Source: Pirellulales bacterium (lineage in GTDB: Bacteria > Planctomycetota > Planctomycetia > Pirellulales > UBA1268). From it: 39,258 nucleotides of DNA. This document shows, piece by piece, positions 37,287 through 39,258 of this stretch. The stretch spans positions 1 to 39,258 of the forward strand of contig JBIIOJ010000003.1 of the NCBI GenBank assembly GCA_044337015.1, in the 5' to 3' direction. The notes beneath the pieces are model-generated. The model was given only the letters and a program-made list of their open reading frames with translations. It was not told the origin of the DNA and did not search any database. Made by a program: the position numbers and the translations under genes. Within the stretch, counting starts at the first letter, position 1, and each line of letters opens with the position of its first letter.

Positions 37287-37715
37287 TCAATCCTGGGCCT
37301 GGTTTTGCTTGGTGGGGTCCGCCGGTCCGCCGAGCACGCGGCCGATGCTCGCGAGCGTGACGTCCATCTTCACGTTGTTCGTCTCGTCGACCTTGATCGT
37401 CACCCGGTCGTTGTCGCGGTCCACCGCGGCCACGATGCCGTAGATGCCGGCGGACGTCACGACCCGGTCGTTCCGCTTGAGGCCTTCGCGAAGACGCTGC
37501 GACTCGAGTTGCCGCTGCCGCTCGGGTCGGTAGAGCAGGAGCCACGCGAAGAGGACGACGAACGCCAGCGGGGCGTATTGCAGGAGGAGTTCCGGCAGCG
37601 CGGGGGGCTTCCCCTGAACGCCGCCAGGCTGTGCCTGGGCGAGGAAAATCCACGCCTGCGGCGCGGCCGCCAACAGGATCGATGGTACGGAGGCGACTGG
37701 GAGGAACGTGATCAC
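37287..37715 (-). CDS. yajC: Preprotein translocase subunit YajC
   Basis: TM ending LLYRPE, then LKRNDRVVTSAGIYG; lies between tgt and secDF; GTG start estimated. Confidence 0.9.
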   Translation of the reverse strand: MITFLPVASVPSILLAAAPQAWIFLAQAQPGGVQGKPPALPELLLQYAPLAFVVLFAWLLLYRPERQRQLESQRLREGLKRNDRVVTSAGIYGIVAAVDRDNDRVTIKVDETNNVKMDVTLASIGRVLGGPADPTKQNQAQD

Positions 37716-37818
37716 GGCGACGGCGGCATCCTCTCTCGAGAGGAGGCCGGAAAGGCTCCCTCGGGAAAAACCGGGATGATAAGGGGCTTGGAACCGTGCG
37801 GACAAGCCCGGAAGCGGA

Positions 37819-38964
37819 TCAGCCCGCTTCCGGCGCCGTTCCCGCCGGCGCATCCTCCCCCTCGCCGAGCCCGGCGAGGATGGCGGAGCGTTCCGCTTCG
37901 AACCGGCGTTCGACGATCGCGGCCCGCAGCCGGCGGACGAGCCTCGCGTAGAACGTGAGGTTGTGGATCGACACGAGGATCGGCCCGAGCATCTCCCCGG
38001 CGTTGAAGAGATGGCGCAGGTAGCCTCGCCCGTGACGGCAGCCGGGACAGGGGCAGCCTTCCTGGATCGGGCCCCGGTCGGATGCGTGGCGGGCGTTCTT
38101 CAGGCGGACGAGGCCGTCGAACGTGTACGCAAGGCCGTTGCGGCCGCACCGCGTCGGAAGCACGCAGTCGAACATGTCGACCCCGAGCGACACCGCGCGG
38201 ACGATGTCCTGCGGAGTGCCGACCCCCATGAGATACCGCGGACTCGCGGCGGGCATGTGACCGATCGTGGCCTCGAGCGCCGCCGCCATCGCCTCGGGCC
38301 CCTCCCCCACCGACAGCCCGCCGATGGCAAGGCCGTCGAACGGCATCTCGGCGAGCGCAACCGCGCTCTCCCGCCGCAGGTCCGGCTCGAGGCCCCCCTG
38401 CACGATGCCGAACACCGCCTGGTCGGCCTTCGTGTGGGCGGCCAGGCACCGCCTCGCCCAGTCGAGCGACCGCCGCATGGCCTGGGCCACCCGCTCCCGG
38501 GCGGCCGGCAACGGCACCACGTCGTCGAGTTGCATCGCGATGTCGGCCCCGAGCGACTGCTGGATCCGCATTGATTCCTCCGGCGTCAGCGCGACCGGGC
38601 TGCCGTCGATGTGGGACTGGAAGAACGCCCCCTCGTCGGTGATCCTCGCCCGGTGCGCGAGGCTGAACACCTGGAAGCCGCCACTGTCGGTGAGCGTGGG
38701 CCCCCGCCAGCCCATGAACGCGGCGAGCCCGCCGGCCTCCTCCACGATCCGCTCGCCCGGCCTTAGATGCAGGTGATACGTGTTGCCGAGCACGATCGTC
38801 GCCCCGGTCTCCGCGAGCCGGCCGACGTCGACCCCCTTCACCGTCGCCGCCGTGCCCACCGGCATGAACACCGGCGTCTCCGCAGCACCGTGCGGCGTCA
38901 CGAGCCGCCCGGCCCGCGCCGCCCCGTCCGTCGCCTCGACCGTGAACGAAAAGCCGCTTTTCAT
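37819..38964 (-). CDS. tgt: tRNA-guanine transglycosylase (queuine tRNA-ribosyltransferase)
   Basis: ETPVFMPVGT, NTYHLHLRPG, LTDSGGFQVFSL, GIVQGG, PRYLMGVG, DMFDCVLPTR, Zn motif C.C..C...HN. Confidence 0.97.
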   Translation of the reverse strand: MKSGFSFTVEATDGAARAGRLVTPHGAAETPVFMPVGTAATVKGVDVGRLAETGATIVLGNTYHLHLRPGERIVEEAGGLAAFMGWRGPTLTDSGGFQVFSLAHRARITDEGAFFQSHIDGSPVALTPEESMRIQQSLGADIAMQLDDVVPLPAARERVAQAMRRSLDWARRCLAAHTKADQAVFGIVQGGLEPDLRRESAVALAEMPFDGLAIGGLSVGEGPEAMAAALEATIGHMPAASPRYLMGVGTPQDIVRAVSLGVDMFDCVLPTRCGRNGLAYTFDGLVRLKNARHASDRGPIQEGCPCPGCRHGRGYLRHLFNAGEMLGPILVSIHNLTFYARLVRRLRAAIVERRFEAERSAILAGLGEGEDAPAGTAPEAG

Positions 38965-38971
38965 GCCGAGA

Positions 38972-39258
38972 GCATACTGCGGCCCCGAACCCTCACGTTT
39001 GACCGGTTCGGGGCTGCCCGTATGCAAGAGGCAACTGCGGCAGTCCGCATTGGCTTGCGGGAGGGAAACCGCTCCGGTGCATTTGGTGGATACCGCATTG
39101 CCGCCGGGGCGGCGTTCAGCATCGGAGTGCCTGTGTGCCCCAATCAGTGCCACGCTTGACGGTTCGGGGCTGCCCGTGTGCCCGAGACGGCGTAGGTGGC
39201 CAGCGAAGCCCGGAGGGCGAGAGCGCAGACACCTCCGAGCGAGCGGAGGGCATGGATG
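38972..39258. repeat. Second copy of the composite repeat element, truncated by the window end
   Basis: Inverted core pair 38972-38991 / 39005-39025; conserved block 39045-39160; core 39161-39181 followed by the hairpin module. Confidence 0.88.

Noticed and set aside
38965-39153. N-terminal extension of tgt and small ORFs in the repeats sharing KC.GAVSLPQANA
   Set aside because: The shared peptide simply reflects the DNA repeat; frames and starts are not preserved between copies.
33935-39258. Composite transposon carrying tgt-yajC-secDF between direct repeats
   Set aside because: There is no transposase or target-site duplication, the cargo is a conserved housekeeping operon, and the repeat also occurs elsewhere.

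Overview
GC-rich chromosomal segment, most likely from a planctomycete (inferred from the SecDF fusion with extra N-terminal helices, the dnaA paralogue without dnaN, and the VWA, AsmA and LysM proteins). Most of it is housekeeping or envelope genes: prc-type protease, cbiX/sirB, MFS, ispA-dxs-nadK, dnaA, a PDZ protein, AsmA-dapF-DUF374, MFS, tilS, a lipoprotein, VWA, an alpha/beta-hydrolase-like protein, LysM and tgt-yajC-secDF. The most interesting locus is 12.7-21.0 kb, an apparent inorganic-carbon uptake operon. It encodes DabA (DUF2309, Zn-ligand motifs intact), a short NuoL-like DabB, a second degenerate NuoM-like subunit, and a SulP-STAS transporter fused to an SbtB/PII-like domain. It is preceded by a small leader ORF with an N-terminal hydrophobic segment and a C-terminal RGPP motif, resembling a ribosome-arrest peptide. 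The window also carries a dispersed, modular, hairpin-rich non-coding repeat with compensatory stem changes (both window ends, about 9.7 kb, about 34 kb) and a recurring set of 16-21 bp tandem duplications at gene boundaries. No rRNA, tRNA, CRISPR array or transposase was seen. Family assignments come from motif recognition only; no searches were run.
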